A stretch of DNA of 64,000 bases from the human T2T-CHM13v2.0 reference genome, Homo sapiens, in NCBI RefSeq assembly GCF_009914755.1, contig NC_060933.1; one strand, given 5' to 3'. The notes beneath the pieces are model-generated. The model worked only from the letters and a program-made list of their open reading frames with translations, was not told the DNA's origin and did not search any database. This document shows, one piece after another, positions 1-14,858 of this stretch. The translations under genes were made by a program, and so were the position numbers. Every line of letters starts with the position of its first letter. Within the stretch, counting starts at the first letter, position 1.

Positions 1-1269
1 TGTCCACCAGACAGATGTTATAGGATTGCCATGGCTTGAAGTTTGAAACCCAGCTGTGGATGATTGAGATGATTCATGTATTTAATGATACTAATAGAAT
101 GATACCCGTGAGCAAGCTGGATTCCTAGGATGCAAAAAGAAAATAGCTTTATTCTTCACCTTCAACTGCCCATTTGAATCTTCTTTTAGGCCAGTTCTTT
201 TCCCCTCCCCAACTTCAAATGAAATAATAGAAAGGTCTTTGGACTCTCTGATCATCTCAGATAATAAAATGCCCTCTGGTCACTTCAGTTCCAAACCACA
301 ACCTCGGTTTATAAATTAATCTGCCCAGAAACTCCCAACTTCATCGTAGGCTTGGCAATGCTTTAGACTAAGGGGCCTATAGTGGGGAATGAGATACCCA
401 TCTCTGTGTTCCCTTTAATGCTACTTCTCCATGACCCTGACTTTGTTTCCCCAGCACTTAGCTACCAATGGGTCTTCCAGGATGGGAAGCAGAGACAGCA
501 GGAAGGGAAGAGGAAGAAAGGTCTTATTTGACCTACATAGGTATAAGCTGGTGTAGCTGCCCTCTGGCTCTGGCTGATGTTTCAAGCTGACTTTTATACT
601 CTCATCTCAGTATCTGTAGCCTCCTCAGACACTCACCTTCTGGACCTGTCCAACTGGAATTCCTTCACTCAGGTAGTGCCTCTCCTTTAAGCAGCTGTTT
701 ACAATCTCCCTCTACTTCTCCATCCAGTGAAACCTTCAACCTCTTTTTGTCAAGGACACCTCATCCATTCCAGGAAGCCCTCTGGGTTAGAATTCCTTAT
801 AAAACAACTCAGACTCACATTCCTACTGTGGATTTTATTTGGTCCCCAGAAAAATACAACTTTGGCCTGGCATAAGCCAAAAAGTGCTTACTTCCTAAGT
901 GCAGCCCTCTGCTGTGCTGATACTGTTCACTTCAGCCAGCCTCTCACTCAAAGGCTTTCTCTTTTGGCATAAGTCAATTCCTGCCCGTGTCTCCAAGTTT
1001 CAAAAGATACCTAACAAGATCTCTTTGAAGTTCTCACATGATGGAGGGTCTGGGGATGGGGTGGTAAGGAGTGTCAAATAGGAAGAATTCACAGCTAAAG
1101 GTAAAGTACAGATCACAAAACCTATTTTCATGCACGTTCTTTAGAAGTCATTGATAGATGGGCTAATACTTTGCCTTGGAATTTGACAGTATTTGGCATC
1201 TTTGGTTTTGGGGCCCAGTGAAAACTAGAACGAAGAGTTCTATTTTAACTCTATCTTCCTTCTGTGCAA

Positions 1270-1900
1270 TTTCTCCGGTACTGTTCAGCCTCCTAGTAGA
1301 AGAGAAAGATGGTTGGGTCTAAGTTGTATCAAATAGAAATGATAAAAAATAGAGTAGCAAGGGGCTTTGGGCTCTGGCAAGAGTGACTGAATTGATGCAT
1401 CATAGAATCAAACTGGAGAAGGAAGAAAGGAAGAAGATTAGTGGCCTAAAGGGCTCAGGAAGTTGGAGAATGTAGAAATAGTTGAGTAAACATTCTGGAA
1501 AGATACTTTAACAGCTGATTGGCTAAAGGAAAGGGAGACGAGATACAGTGGAATGGTCTTTGGGATTTGGAGCCTTATGGATGAGACAGATTATGGAATC
1601 ATTCACAGGATTAGAGTACTGGGGAAGAGAACTGGTTTTCAGGGCATAATGATAAACTTCATTTTGAATAAACTGAACAGGAGAGGATAATGAGACATCT
1701 AAGTGGCATAGAGGGCTGGAGTTCAGAAGAAACACAGGATTCAAGATATGCCTTTCAGAGTGAAGACCAGAAACATTATTGGGGGTCAGGATTCAGTGAT
1801 ACCTCCAAAGGAGAAAATGTGAAGACTGAAATGCAGGGGTTGAGGACCATTTTGTTAAAGGAAAGTGTATAATGAGAACCTGTTAACACAGAAGAAATGG
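1270..1900 (-). mobile_element. Degenerate L2 LINE fragments
   Basis: Purine-rich antisense L2-like text, e.g. gagacatctaagtgg...ggagttcagaag. Confidence 0.45.
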
Positions 1901-2520
1901 AGTTCTCTGTCATTCAAGACAAAGAGCTGCATCTGAGTCAAGGTAATCTGCTCTGAATAGTGCTTCATCCAAAAATATCTCCTCTTTTTTTCCCAATCAT
2001 CTTTATTGTCTGGTTATGCAAGTAAACCTTCTACCTCTTAAGCCTCAGGTTCCACATCCATAAAATGAATGCAATATTACTATCTACCTTCCATGGCTGT
2101 GATGAGGATATAGTGAGGCAAGGGGTGATATGCCTGGCACAGAGTACAAACCCAACCAATGTGAGCTACCCTTATCATTGTCATTATTATTATTCGTCAC
2201 ATTTGCCTCTGTTTAATCAATAATCATTCATTTACAAGATGAGTATCCCAAACTTACTTCCAAATACTTTGTCATTTTTTTCACTCCTCACTTAGCCTTT
2301 CTGTCTGATTCAAATGGCACGGGGAAAGAGAGAATGACTCAAACATCACAGATTGCTGTTACCCTGGCATGGTTAAGATAATTATGTCGCCATCAGGATA
2401 CTGGTTTGACTCTGAAGTCTCATGTTCAGTGGTTACTGTTTCCTCTCAGGGACTGTGCTTAAGGTTTAGAGAAATCGTCGTCATCTAGATGATCGTTGCT
2501 CAATTGAAACATTTATTTGC

Positions 2521-3067
2521 TATATTAGTTTTCTATTGCTGTGTAACAAATTTAATGCCTTTAAACAACACCCCATGTATTAGCTCACAGTTCTGTAGGT
2601 CTGAAATCTGGGCACCACATGGCTGAAATCAAAGTGTAAGTTGTGCTGTGGTTCCCCTGGGATGCAAGACCCTCCTACAAGCTCATAGTTGCTAGAATTC
2701 AGTTCTGCGTGGTTGTAGGACTAAGGTTCTGTTTTCTTAAGAGCTGTTGGCTGGGGATCTCTCTCAGTTCCTAGAGGCTGCTCCTCTCCATCAGCAATTC
2801 GCTACATAGCTGTATGCTTTCTTCCAGGCCAGCAATTACATTTCTCTCTGATTTCTTCCTCTGCTACCAGTCAGAGAAAATGCTCTGCTCTTAAAGGACT
2901 CACCTGATTGGTGCAGGCCACCCAAGACAACCTCCCAATTGCCATAAACATCACAATTAAGAGACTGATACCTCATCAGATTCCTATCTTCCACCTACAC
3001 TCAAAGAGGAGGAGATTACACAAGGGCAAGGGTGGTTGGAGGCCATCTTAGAATTCTGTCTACCACA
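2521..3067 (-). mobile_element. MLT1-family (MaLR) solo LTR
   Basis: Begins tatattagttttctattgctg...taacaaat and ends cttagaattctgtctaccaca, typical antisense MLT1 termini. Confidence 0.8.
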
Positions 3068-3165
3068 TTTACTTATGGAACAGCGTTTATGCCCTAGGCA
3101 TTGCACAAAGCACTGTAGGGACAAAGATACATTACAGTTGCCTTTGAGATGTTCATGCTGTAGTC

Positions 3166-3485
3166 CAGCACTATCAAATACAGAAGCCATTAACCACATG
3201 TGGCTACTGAGCATTTGAAATGTGATTGATCTAAATTGTGCTGTGCTGTAAATGTCAAATGCACAGAGGATTTCAAAGAATTAGTAGCAAAACAGACTGT
3301 AAAATATCTCATTAATATTTGTGTAATGACTACATATTAAAGTGATAACATTTAGGAGATGTCGATTTAAATAAAATATATTATTAAAGTGAATTTCATC
3401 TGTTCTGTTTACTTTTGTAAAGTGTCTACCAGGGAACTTCCAATCACATAAGTGGCTCGCATTATGTTTCTATTGGACAGTGCTG
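3166..3485. mobile_element. MER33-like hAT-Charlie non-autonomous DNA transposon
   Basis: Termini cagcactatcaaata / tattggacagtgctg; internal ccacatgtggctactgagcatttgaaatgtg. Confidence 0.8.
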
Positions 3486-4529
3486 GTCTATATCAAGAAA
3501 AACGATAATCACTTCAGAGTGTACTAGGTGCCATAACAGGAGAAGCCAGCAGTGTTTTGGGGTCACAGGAGGGAGTGGTCAGTTTAGCTGGGGAAGAGAG
3601 TGAAAATAGGAAAGACTTCAACTGCTTGGTTTCCCATTCATAGCAGACAAGGTAGAGCCTGATTTTCTATTCAAAAAATCCTTTCCCAAGAGATAGAAAT
3701 TCTTTAGATAAAACTGCAGAGTAATTACTAGAGACTTTTTATTTTAGAAGGCACAATTCAGAGCAAAATTTTAAAACAAATACAAAAGCCCAAATGCACA
3801 TTAGCACTTCTCTGACAAACTTTTAACTGTTCTGCCTCCGCCTGCACCTTTCTTGTCTTTCTCTTGGACACCAGCAGACAGCTAATTCCCTCTCTCTGAG
3901 CTACTTTGTAGGGTCAAAACTTCCAGTTGCTCATCACCAAGAGCAGCCTGTCTTCAAAATTCCTCATAAGCAGTGATTCTCTGGCTTTTGATCTCTCCAA
4001 TAGAGGGCAGCTATTACCAGCTTAATTGGAGTGTAATTACCTTCTCGGCCCTCCCACTTAGTTCAAAGAGCTCTCTTTGGCTTCCTAGCTTACGACAAAT
4101 CAGAAAAAGAAATATTGAAATGTGATCTATAAAACTTTTTTCTATGGTGGCTTTTTGTCCCATTGGGAGTTTCTCTATCAGTTTTTGTTGTTGTTGTTTT
4201 TGGACTAGGCCATACTTCCCATAAGGACCCATGTGAATATTTTGTACTCATTAGACAAATACTTTTACATGCAAATAGTTAATACTTGTTAAGTACATGC
4301 TATGTATTAGATGCCTTGCTAAGTACATCCTCTCATTTAATCTTTTCAGCTCAAAAAGGTAACAATAATAACATAATACTAAAAGTTAGAGTGCTTGCTA
4401 TATGCCAGGTACTTTTCTAATCTCCTTTTATTTGTGATGAGTTAATTTAAGGAGTTAAGGCTCAAGTGAGCTAAGAGATGGGAAGTGCTAAGAACAGTGT
4501 CTAGCACTAAGTATTCAATAAATGTTAAT

Positions 4530-4638
4530 TAATATTTAATCCTCGCAAAGACGCTGTGTCATAAAAAATATTGCTATCATTCCTATTTTACAGATAAGTA
4601 AACTGAGGCTTAAAGAGCTTAAGGTCCTTGCCCTAGAT
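4530..4638 (-). mobile_element. MIR fragment (interrupted by MER5A and Alu)
   Basis: MIR core cctattttacagataagtaaactgaggctt. Confidence 0.7.
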
Positions 4639-4814
4639 CAGTTGTTCTCAATCTTTAATGTGCCCCAAATATCATCTGGAGGGTTTGTGAAAACACAGAT
4701 TGCTGGGCCCCACCCCGAGATTCTCATGCAGTAGGTCTCCAGCAGGCCTTGGGGATTTGCATTTCTAACAAGTTCCCCAGTGATGCCCATGATGCTGCCC
4801 AGAGGAGCTCACTG
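4639..4814. mobile_element. MER5A hAT-Charlie MITE
   Basis: cagttgttctcaa...cagattgctgggccccacccc...tttgcatttctaacaagttccc...cactg; 8-bp TSD ccctagat/ctctagat. Confidence 0.85.
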
Positions 4815-4849
4815 CTCTAGATCATTGAGTTAATAAAGATTTCACCCCT

Positions 4850-5153
<304 letters not shown>

Positions 5154-6166
5154 AAAGATTTCACCCCAGCTCTTCATACTCTGCACGAGTATTCAACACT
5201 CTCTCTTTGTCATGTTATATTAATGGAGCTTGAAATGTCTAACATTCAAGCTAATGTCAGAACATAGACAACTTTAAGTAAACCATAAAAGATTTTAAAG
5301 AGACAGTAGAAAATGACTGGCTTACATCAGATATTGGAAAAGTCTGAACCAAACAGAGCATCAGCTCTCTTTCTAAGGAGCATGCCATTCATAGATTCTC
5401 ATGAATAAGGGTATTTTGCTCACTTCCAGCAACTCCATTTTTTAAAGTTTTCTGTTTTAGCAACTCATAGATGAGTTTTAGCTACCCATGTATGCTGGCA
5501 AAGCTGAGTATTATCTTTCCTGGCTATGTATGTAGATGGACCATGGCATGTAACTTATGGCTTGTTTGTGTAGAAGAGTGATACACAACACCTTCATGAG
5601 AAGTGTTTTTCTGCAGAGAGGAAAGGAGCGCTGTGGGATTGAGAGGAATTTACAATGCTTTTAATTAAAAACCAATGTTTTTGTTCTTAAAAAAATTTTT
5701 GAAGCAATTCTAGCAAAATGTTGGTATTTGTTAAAACTGACTGGTAAGTACACAGGCATTTATTATACTCTTCTGGATATTTTTCTAAATCTTTGAAATG
5801 TTTTATAACTACATATTTTTCAAAGGCCCAAGGCCTACTATTTACTACAAAAAAATAAAAACGACAAAAACACAGGGAGCACAAGCAGATACAGCCCCAG
5901 CTCCCACAGGAGTCACTGCCCCCTGAAGGAAGTAGCCCATAATCAAATAATCATAGATAGGCACATAGTTACAAACTGCGATCAGTTTTACAAAGCTAAG
6001 GGCTGGAGTGCTATGAAAGCTTCTAACTCTGGTACCTGACTAGGACTCCAAGTCAAGGAATGCTTCTCAGAAGAAGTGGAAATTCAGCTATGAGCCAAAG
6101 GCTACATAGGTATTTACTAGGACACGTGGGTTAGGGCACAAAAAGAACTATCAAAAGGCCAGGTGA

Positions 6167-6384
6167 GGCCAGGCGCAGTGGCTCACACCTGTAATCCTGC
6201 ACTTTGGGAGGCTGAGACAGGGGTATCATTTGAGGTCAGGAGTTTGAGACTAGCCTGGCCAACACGGTGAAACCCCGTCTCTGCTAAAAATATTAAAAAA
6301 TTAGCTGGGCATGGTGATACACAATTGTAATCCCAGCTACTCAGGAGATTGAGCCAGGAGAATCACTTGAACCAGGAGGTGGGG
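6167..6384 (+). mobile_element. 3'-truncated Alu running into a purine tract
   Basis: Left arm plus first part of the right arm, ending at gaaccaggaggtgg. Confidence 0.9.
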
Positions 6385-6849
6385 AAAGAAAAGAAAGGAA
6401 AAGAAAAGAAAAGAAAGAGAAAGAAAGGAAGGAAGAGAGAGAGAGAGAAAGAGAGAGAGAGGGAGGGAGAGAAGGAGGGAGAGAGGGAGGGAGGGAAGGA
6501 AGGAAGGGAAAGAAAGAAAAGAAAAGAAAAGAAAAGAAAAGAAAAGAAAAGAAAGAAAGGAAAGAAAGAAAAAGAAAGAAGGAAAGAAAGAGAAAGAGAA
6601 AGAAAGGAAGGAAGGAAGGAAGAGAAAGAGAAAGAAAGAAAGGAAGGAAGGAAGGAAGGAAGAGAAAGAGAAAGAAAGAAAGGAAGGAAGGAAGAAAGAA
6701 AGAAAGAAAGAGAAAAAGAAAAGAAAAAAGAAAAGGGAGGGAGGAAGGGAGGGAGGGAGGGAGGAAGGAAGGAAGGAAGGGAAAAGACAGAGAAAGAGAG
6801 GGAGAAAGAAGGGAGAAAGGGACAGAGAGAGAGAAGGAAAGAAAGAAAA
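6381..6849 (+). repeat. Compound polypurine microsatellite (GAAAA/GAAG/GGGA/GA)n
   Basis: ~470 nt of A/G with only two pyrimidines (C at ~6788 and ~6823). Confidence 0.97.
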
Positions 6850-8952
6850 TAGAGTGGAACTACAAATGTTAAACCTTGAGTATTAAGGATCTGTTCTATA
6901 ACCAGTGTCACAATGGCAAACTAACTCTCCAAAATAGGGGGGAAACATGTAATAAATCAGAAGAAAACTATGATTTCAATCTAACCTTGAGTTTATAAAT
7001 CCCATTCATTCTTTGCTTCCTTATGCGTAGAATGAGGAATCCCTTGCCGGGATAAAACCTTCATTATTTTATGAAATGAAATGAGGTCTTTTATGATCAA
7101 GATTTAAATTATGTTCATTAACGGTTATAGCTTTCTAGTTTCGTTGTCAGGGCGTGGGGACACAAAACATCTGCCATCTGCTTGCTAGTGGTTGCTGACT
7201 CGTAAAATGGCATTTTCCCTCTTCTCTTTACATAATCATCACTGAGACTAGTTAAGTGATTTGACTTTGCCTTTTTAACACCTAGTCTTGAGCCTACTGT
7301 GAGGAGTCATCTAATAAGTCAAATATCTGTATAACTACTGTAAGCATTTTTTATATCCAAATTTTTTTTCCTCCAGGACCTAAGATTAATTCTACCATTA
7401 AAATTTTAAGTACCTGATTTTCTAGAGCCTCTCTAGGTACTGGCTTACTGTATGCAATTGTCTGAGGTCCTCAGGCATCCCTGGCTTTCTAAAGAAGTTG
7501 AAAAGAAAAACATAATAATAATCAGGGCTGATGCTATCTCACTAATCCCAGTTTGGTACACCATAGCTGTTTTCAATAGCTTTTATGCTTCAGGTTATAC
7601 AGAAAGTAGAATTTTCCAATTACAATTTTTTTTTTAAGACTGCAATGCAAGAGTGGTCCCTTTGACAAAGGAGATTCTTAGGCAGAATCTCCCAGCGTCA
7701 TTGACAATGGGCCACAATAATTTCTCTCCTAAAATATTCCTACATGATTCGTTTATTGCACTAAGTAAAAGTGAATGGTGGCACATGCTCACATGGAATA
7801 TCATTTGAAATCTCTCCAAGGGCTTCTTATTACTTTAAAAACACCCCATTACAGTAATTTATTGTTACACCTTATTCACTCGTGCTTGCTTCAAGGGCTG
7901 TAATTAGAACCTGGAGAGCCATCCAGGGGCACATGGCCATAGGTTGGCCATATTGCTCCAAGAGACTTTCTAAATTTTTATTATGGACATGAATTTTCAA
8001 ACATACCCCAAATTAGAGAGAATAGCACAATGAACCAACATGTACCCAACACTCAGCTTTGATAATTATCAATTCATGACTTTTCATGATCTCACCACCT
8101 TTCCATTCACTCAATCATGTTTTAGATTCCAGAGAGGCTTTCAAAGGAAGTCGTGGAATCTTCTGTGGCAATAACAACCATTCACATTCACTCCCGGAGA
8201 TGTAGACTTTCTTGTGGCCTTACAGATTGATCACAGCCATCAAAGGAGGAATGAACACGTTTCCTGAGGCACTCTATTTACATACTCAGGGTTTTTCATC
8301 AATCATGTAAAAGAGAGTTACATTTTCAGGTCAAAGTGACTCATCAAGCCAGAGGGGTGAGTCATGGAAGACATATGACGCTTTCCAGTTTAACCTGCTG
8401 TGCGACTATGAACACCTGTAACAGTCATCTTGCCATAAATCTCTCCCTGACCTTTCTGTGACAAGAGAAACTGCTACCAAATCCTGAATCCTACCTGTAT
8501 AGTAAGAAATGATTTCAGTGTTTATTGCAGAAATCTTCTATTTGGAGAATTTAAATTTAAATCAAATTCAGAGGCAAATTCATATCTTACTTTAGAAGTA
8601 AAGCAAATCATTGGAAAAAGCACTGGGGGAGAGAGATTGAGATAGAGAAAGAGAGAGATTCTCTTTCAATCAGCAATTCTGTGTCTATTAGTTTTTCTTG
8701 AAATAAGCAAGTCTTGAAAGATGTATGTACTGGGTGTTTATTGCAGTAGATTGAATATTACGAAAATATTGAAAATTATCCAAAAATCTAAGGCTATGAA
8801 ACTTAATTATGGAATATTCATACAATGAAATATTATGAAGTCTTGAAGAATGATAGGAAATTGTGATATATTGTTTTAAAAGTTGTATCTTCAATAAATA
8901 GTGAAAAGAGGAAGATATCAGAAAAACCTACAGATTAAAAGAGACTTATGAA

Positions 8953-9117
8953 ACTTTTTTTTTAATGGGGGAGACAAGTTCTCACTCTGTTGCCCAGGCT
9001 GGAGTGCATAGTGTGATCATGGCTTACTGCAGCCTCAACTTCCTGATCTCAAGTGATCCTCCTGCCTCAGCCTCCCAAGCAGCTGGGACTATAGGTGCAC
9101 ACTACCATGTCCAGCCA
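8953..9117 (-). mobile_element. AluJ/FRAM right arm inside an old L1M 3'-end fragment
   Basis: ctcactctgttgcccaggctggagtgc...cagctgggactataggtgc. Confidence 0.85.
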
Positions 9118-9539
9118 GGAAACATATTAACCAGTTGCAATGCACTGCATTGCCCTCATAAGTCTAAGCATGCACACATACAGAATATTAAGGAAATGTA
9201 AACACTGACCAATTATTGAATTATACTATGGAATTTTTATAATTATTTTTAAGTGTGATAATGGTTTTTTTTTTAGTTCTATATTTTAGAGAAAAAATAC
9301 TATGCTGATTGGAGAATGTAAAGATATAGATGAAACAAGATTGAGGAAGTTTGAAAGTTTACTATACACTTCTCTCTACTTATGTACATGTTGAAAATGA
9401 TCCATTTGTTAAAAGGTTTTTTTAAGTTATAAAACAGTGTGTATACTGTGACCCTATTTGTTAATTATTTTAATATCTTTTTTCTTATTCTTCTATAAAA
9501 GACATGACAATATTTTGAGGTAAAAATACTTTTTACTTA

Positions 9540-9860
<321 letters not shown>

Positions 9861-10434
9861 TAAGTAATTTGACAACTTGAACTGATTTACTCTAGCCATT
9901 AATCTCTCAAAATTTGCTGTTTTCCCATTATATCTAATATACTACTGAGTTTACAGTTCATAAACTATTAAAAATGACAGCGTGAGATGGACTCACATGT
10001 TGTCTCAAATTAAGATCTTCTATTATCATAAGGCCCATCCATCAGTTGTGAGGTGACTTTTATCCTGTGGCCAGGGAGCCTGATAATTCATGCCTGGGGC
10101 AAGCAAGGAGATCAGGACAACTCACGCGAAACCCCGGACTTTCCAGTTTTCATACAAAGCTGGACTTTCATAAACAAAACAAGGAAAGAAACTGAGCATC
10201 TTAACAGGCAAATTTAGGGGAAAAAACAAACAAACAAACAAACGTCTTTTTTATATAAATGATTTGAGTAATTTAGAAAAATTTTAAGGGCCATTTTGCC
10301 TAAATTAATAAGAAAATGTGATTGCTCCAGGTACCAATTTTGCTCTTTTAAGATGGCCGGGTTTACCTCAGCTCTCAGAAAAAAAAACAAATCATCCCAC
10401 CGTAACATTTTCACACTCCTAAAATAAGCTTTAA

Positions 10435-10747
10435 ATTTTATTTATTTATTTATTTATTTATTTATTTTTGAGACAAGGTCTCTGTTTCACTCAAATTGAG
10501 TGTAGTGGCATGATCGTGGCTCACTGCAGCCTCTAACTCCTGGGCTCAAATGATCCTCCCAACTCAGCCTCCCAACTAGCTAGGACTGCAGGCACGCAAC
10601 ACCACATCTAGCTATTTTTTTTATTTTTTGTAGAGATGGGGTCCCACTGTGTTGCCCAGGTTGGTCTCAAACTCCTAGATGCAAGTGATCCTCCTGCCTC
10701 AGCCTCCCAAAGGGCTGGATTACAGGCCTGAGCCACCACACCCAGCC
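10435..10747 (-). mobile_element. AluJ with (TTTA)n tail
   Basis: J-type ctcctgggctcaa(a)tgatcctccc; (ttta)n tail. Confidence 0.92.
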
Positions 10748-11547
10748 AAGTTTTGAGTGGGCCTTCCTGAAAGTGAAAGTGAAAGTGACTGTGTGCATAT
10801 ACAATGGAATTGGAATAAATTAAATGTAATGAACTTCTCACATCAGCCTCTGTTGATGGGTGGGCTGTGCTATGTACTTGCTCTTGCTTAAAGACCCAAC
10901 CACACATCCTGTGTGCAGGAAAGACAGCAGTTTGGAAATTGCAGGACTGTGATTCTGCTCATGCCCTCCAAGGCTCCAAACTGTTTGACTAGAAAATTCT
11001 GCTTTGCTTCTGGTGTTGGTCTCCGCTTGCTAGGTCTCTCAACTGCAGGCCCTGAGCCCTATCTCAGGTAACTAAGTTCTGCCCCACTCAACTTCTGAGT
11101 CCAAGTTCATCATCTGTCCAGAGTGAGTCTTTGCCACACCAGAGTAGGGTGGAGTGGGCCTTGCTACCCTGCCCTGTAGCCAGATGGGTGCTAGGTCTGG
11201 AGGCTTCTCCCCTGACCCCTTGTCATTCACAATAGCACCTCGGGACTTCTGTTTTGGTTTTCTGAATGTTCCCCTGGCCCATACCCAGGGGGAAGCCCAC
11301 AGTCTCAGCCCCCTAGAAGTGGCCCCTTTTCATCCTGTAGTAACCACAGGCTGAGGTCTGATTCCCTTCATAAGGGACCACCTGAAACTACACTGCCCCC
11401 TCCTGGATGCCATTCCTCTTGCTATGACATCCATGCAAGCAACTGGCCGCCCCCCTCCACATGAGACACCCAAAAATTTTCTTGGGATGGGATTGAACTC
11501 TAATTTGCTATACCTGTAAAACATAATTAGGACCGTAGGGTATGCCT

Positions 11548-12049
11548 CAGTGGTAATACAGAAGCAGGAGCCGACTGATAAATTTTCAGGATTTTTGCAA
11601 GTTGGACTGTTAAACACCCCCAGTATTAAAATTTGAGTCATATAAACTTTTAATTAATCTATACTAAAAATAAAGGTCATACTCAAAACTCATCACTTCT
11701 TATCTTACTACATTTTACTACTGTCTATGCTCTGAGTTATTTACATTGACTGTAGTGTTATTTGTATGACTGTAGTGTTATTTGTATGGTGGAAATTACT
11801 CCACTTATCAAATCATGGTTGAATTGCAACCATCGGTTGGCTATGGAGACAAGAGTTCAGTAAAAATCAATGAAAGCATTCTGTGAGAGTCAATTGGCCA
11901 TATGGGACTTAAAATAAAGGGTATTGCATATTTTATTATTATTTATAAATGGCATGCTACTCATCCTTTTTTGTATCAATAAAATTTATAAGTTGATGTA
12001 TTTTATTTTCCAAAGAGCCTATTGTTAAGCATTTCCCAGCACACCACTG
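11548..12049. mobile_element. MER63-family (hAT-Blackjack) DNA transposon
   Basis: cagtgg...gagccgactgataaattttcaggatttttgc...tactcaaaactcatcacttc...gttaagcatttcccagcacaccactg; contains a 20-bp tandem duplication at 11747-11786. Confidence 0.8.
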
Positions 12050-12606
12050 TATCCCATCTACCGGACTGTGAGCCCAGTTCTATGGTCTCATCCACTCCTT
12101 CGGTTCTGCTCACCTCCTGCACTGACTTTGAGACTGTTGGAGAACAGGAGGCTCATACCCAACCCACTCTTAATTTATCTCATCCATGTGGCAGGACATC
12201 CATTAGCATAACACACCTGGCTTCGGCTCCCCGCCACACTCCTCTAGGCAAACTGACTTACCCGGTTGGTGAATTTGGAAGAAAAACTGTGTCATATATA
12301 GCTTAGCTTTTTTCCTTTTCTTAGGAGCTACCCGCAGGAGGGGCATCTTTCTCCAGAGGCAAAGCCTGCCTTGTTCTGGTGTTGCCTGAGGCTGATGGGC
12401 AAGTTGGTCAAATCCCAAAGTTTAGTTGATAAGAACTGCACTTGCTTGAAGATAGAAGCTATGCTTTCCCAAGTAGCATTGATCAATAAGGAGCTACCTG
12501 CAGGTAGCAGGTATGTTGGCCTCCATCTGCTGACTACTTGGCTTTATTTCTCAATTGGCTCAAAAATTGAATGGAGAAAAGGAGTGCTCTTTATTGGCCC
12601 CCTTAG

Positions 12607-13137
<531 letters not shown>

Positions 13138-13873
13138 TAGCAAATAGACCTTGGAAAACAAGTGTTATTATCACTTTACAGATGAGGAAATTATGTCCTA
13201 ACGTGTTTAAGTAACTTGCTCGGGGTCACAAAGTGACTGAGCCAGTTGTCGGATGCCAAGGCCCTTGCTCTTTCCATTACAATTTCCCTCCCTTCCCTTT
13301 ATCTTTCCTCCACCCCCATTCTTCCAATCTTCCTTTCTCTTCTCTCTCTTGCCCTCTCTTCTGCCGAGCCCTGTATGACTACCATTCCTCATTGCCACAT
13401 TTTCTAGCCCTTTAACATGTCAGAAAATTGAAGAAGCATTTGAAACCTCAGATATTTCAGTATATTTAAAAATATCTACAAAATCTTACCCCAGCAGCTG
13501 GGCCCCTAAGAAGCCTGGCAGCAAGCAGTAGGAAAACTGTGGCTGTGTTTTTAATATCCTCCTCAGGTTTCTCAGGAGGAATGTCCAGCATCCCATTCGA
13601 GGTCCTGGGGGAGAAGGTCACAAAGAAACCAGTACATACAGAGAGAGAGGCCACAGGACTTCATCAAGCTGGGGTCTGCCCAGGCATGACCTGGGAGCTG
13701 GGCCCTGTGTGAAAAATGCAGCCTTTCCTCAGATGGAATGTGTGCCCGTCACCTCTGAATCAAGGTTTCTTTCCCTGGGGTCAATAGTTGTGTAAATAGC
13801 TCAGGGACTGAGCAAACAGTTTAGCAATTACTTGGGGAATGACTGAGAGAAGAAGAAAATATGTACATATCAT

Positions 13874-14048
13874 GCATTCTCAATCAGGTAGTATTGCCCC
13901 CAATGGGGTGAAAATTGGTTCTTGAGAACTCAAAAAAATACACAGTATATCTATGATATTAAAATTTCATAGAGGGGTTGATTAAGAAAAACATGTCTTA
14001 ACCGGCTCCTTAGGAGAGCAATGATTTTTTTAATGGTTGAAAAACATA
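13874..14048. mobile_element. hAT-Charlie-type MITE remnant
   Basis: Termini ttctcaatc / ggttgaaaaaca; internal ttgcccccaatggggtgaaaattggttcttg. Confidence 0.55.
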
Positions 14049-14514
14049 GATGAATATAAAGAACTTAACATAGCATGTGACACATAGTAGGTATTCAATA
14101 CATGAGAATTGTAGTTGCTATTATAGTCATTAGTCGTTATTATGATTGTTCTACAAACTCATTAGAGAAATCATCCAGACCCATCATAGTTAGGGCAGAG
14201 AAGGTTGTGCTGTGCCAAGTTCACAGATGAAGCTAGCTTTTGGCGGATTTTGCCTGAGCTAGAGGTCAGAACTGCCCAGGGTTCTAGAAAACAGAAAGAT
14301 TCTTGCACACTGCTGGGATGAGCAGAAACATTTGTGTACACAGTGTTAAAATAAAATTTAAAAAGTGGGGCATGAATGTTTAGGCTGTGTTCAGACTTTC
14401 ACAATGCCTGCTATCATCCTCTGGGGAAAGGACATGATTAAGGCATGAATGTAGGGTTGGGGAAAATGCTGGGCAACTTCTCATACATGCTGCATGTGCT
14501 CTGCAGGTTTGTAA

Positions 14515-14858
<344 letters not shown>

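Noticed and set aside
190-1080. LTR-like pyrimidine-rich segment with two short ORFs
   Set aside because: Could not assign a family or termini with confidence; the ORFs show no homology
6349-6911. K/E/R-rich (+) and F/S/L-rich (-) ORFs of 167 and 182 aa
   Set aside because: Translations of a purine microsatellite
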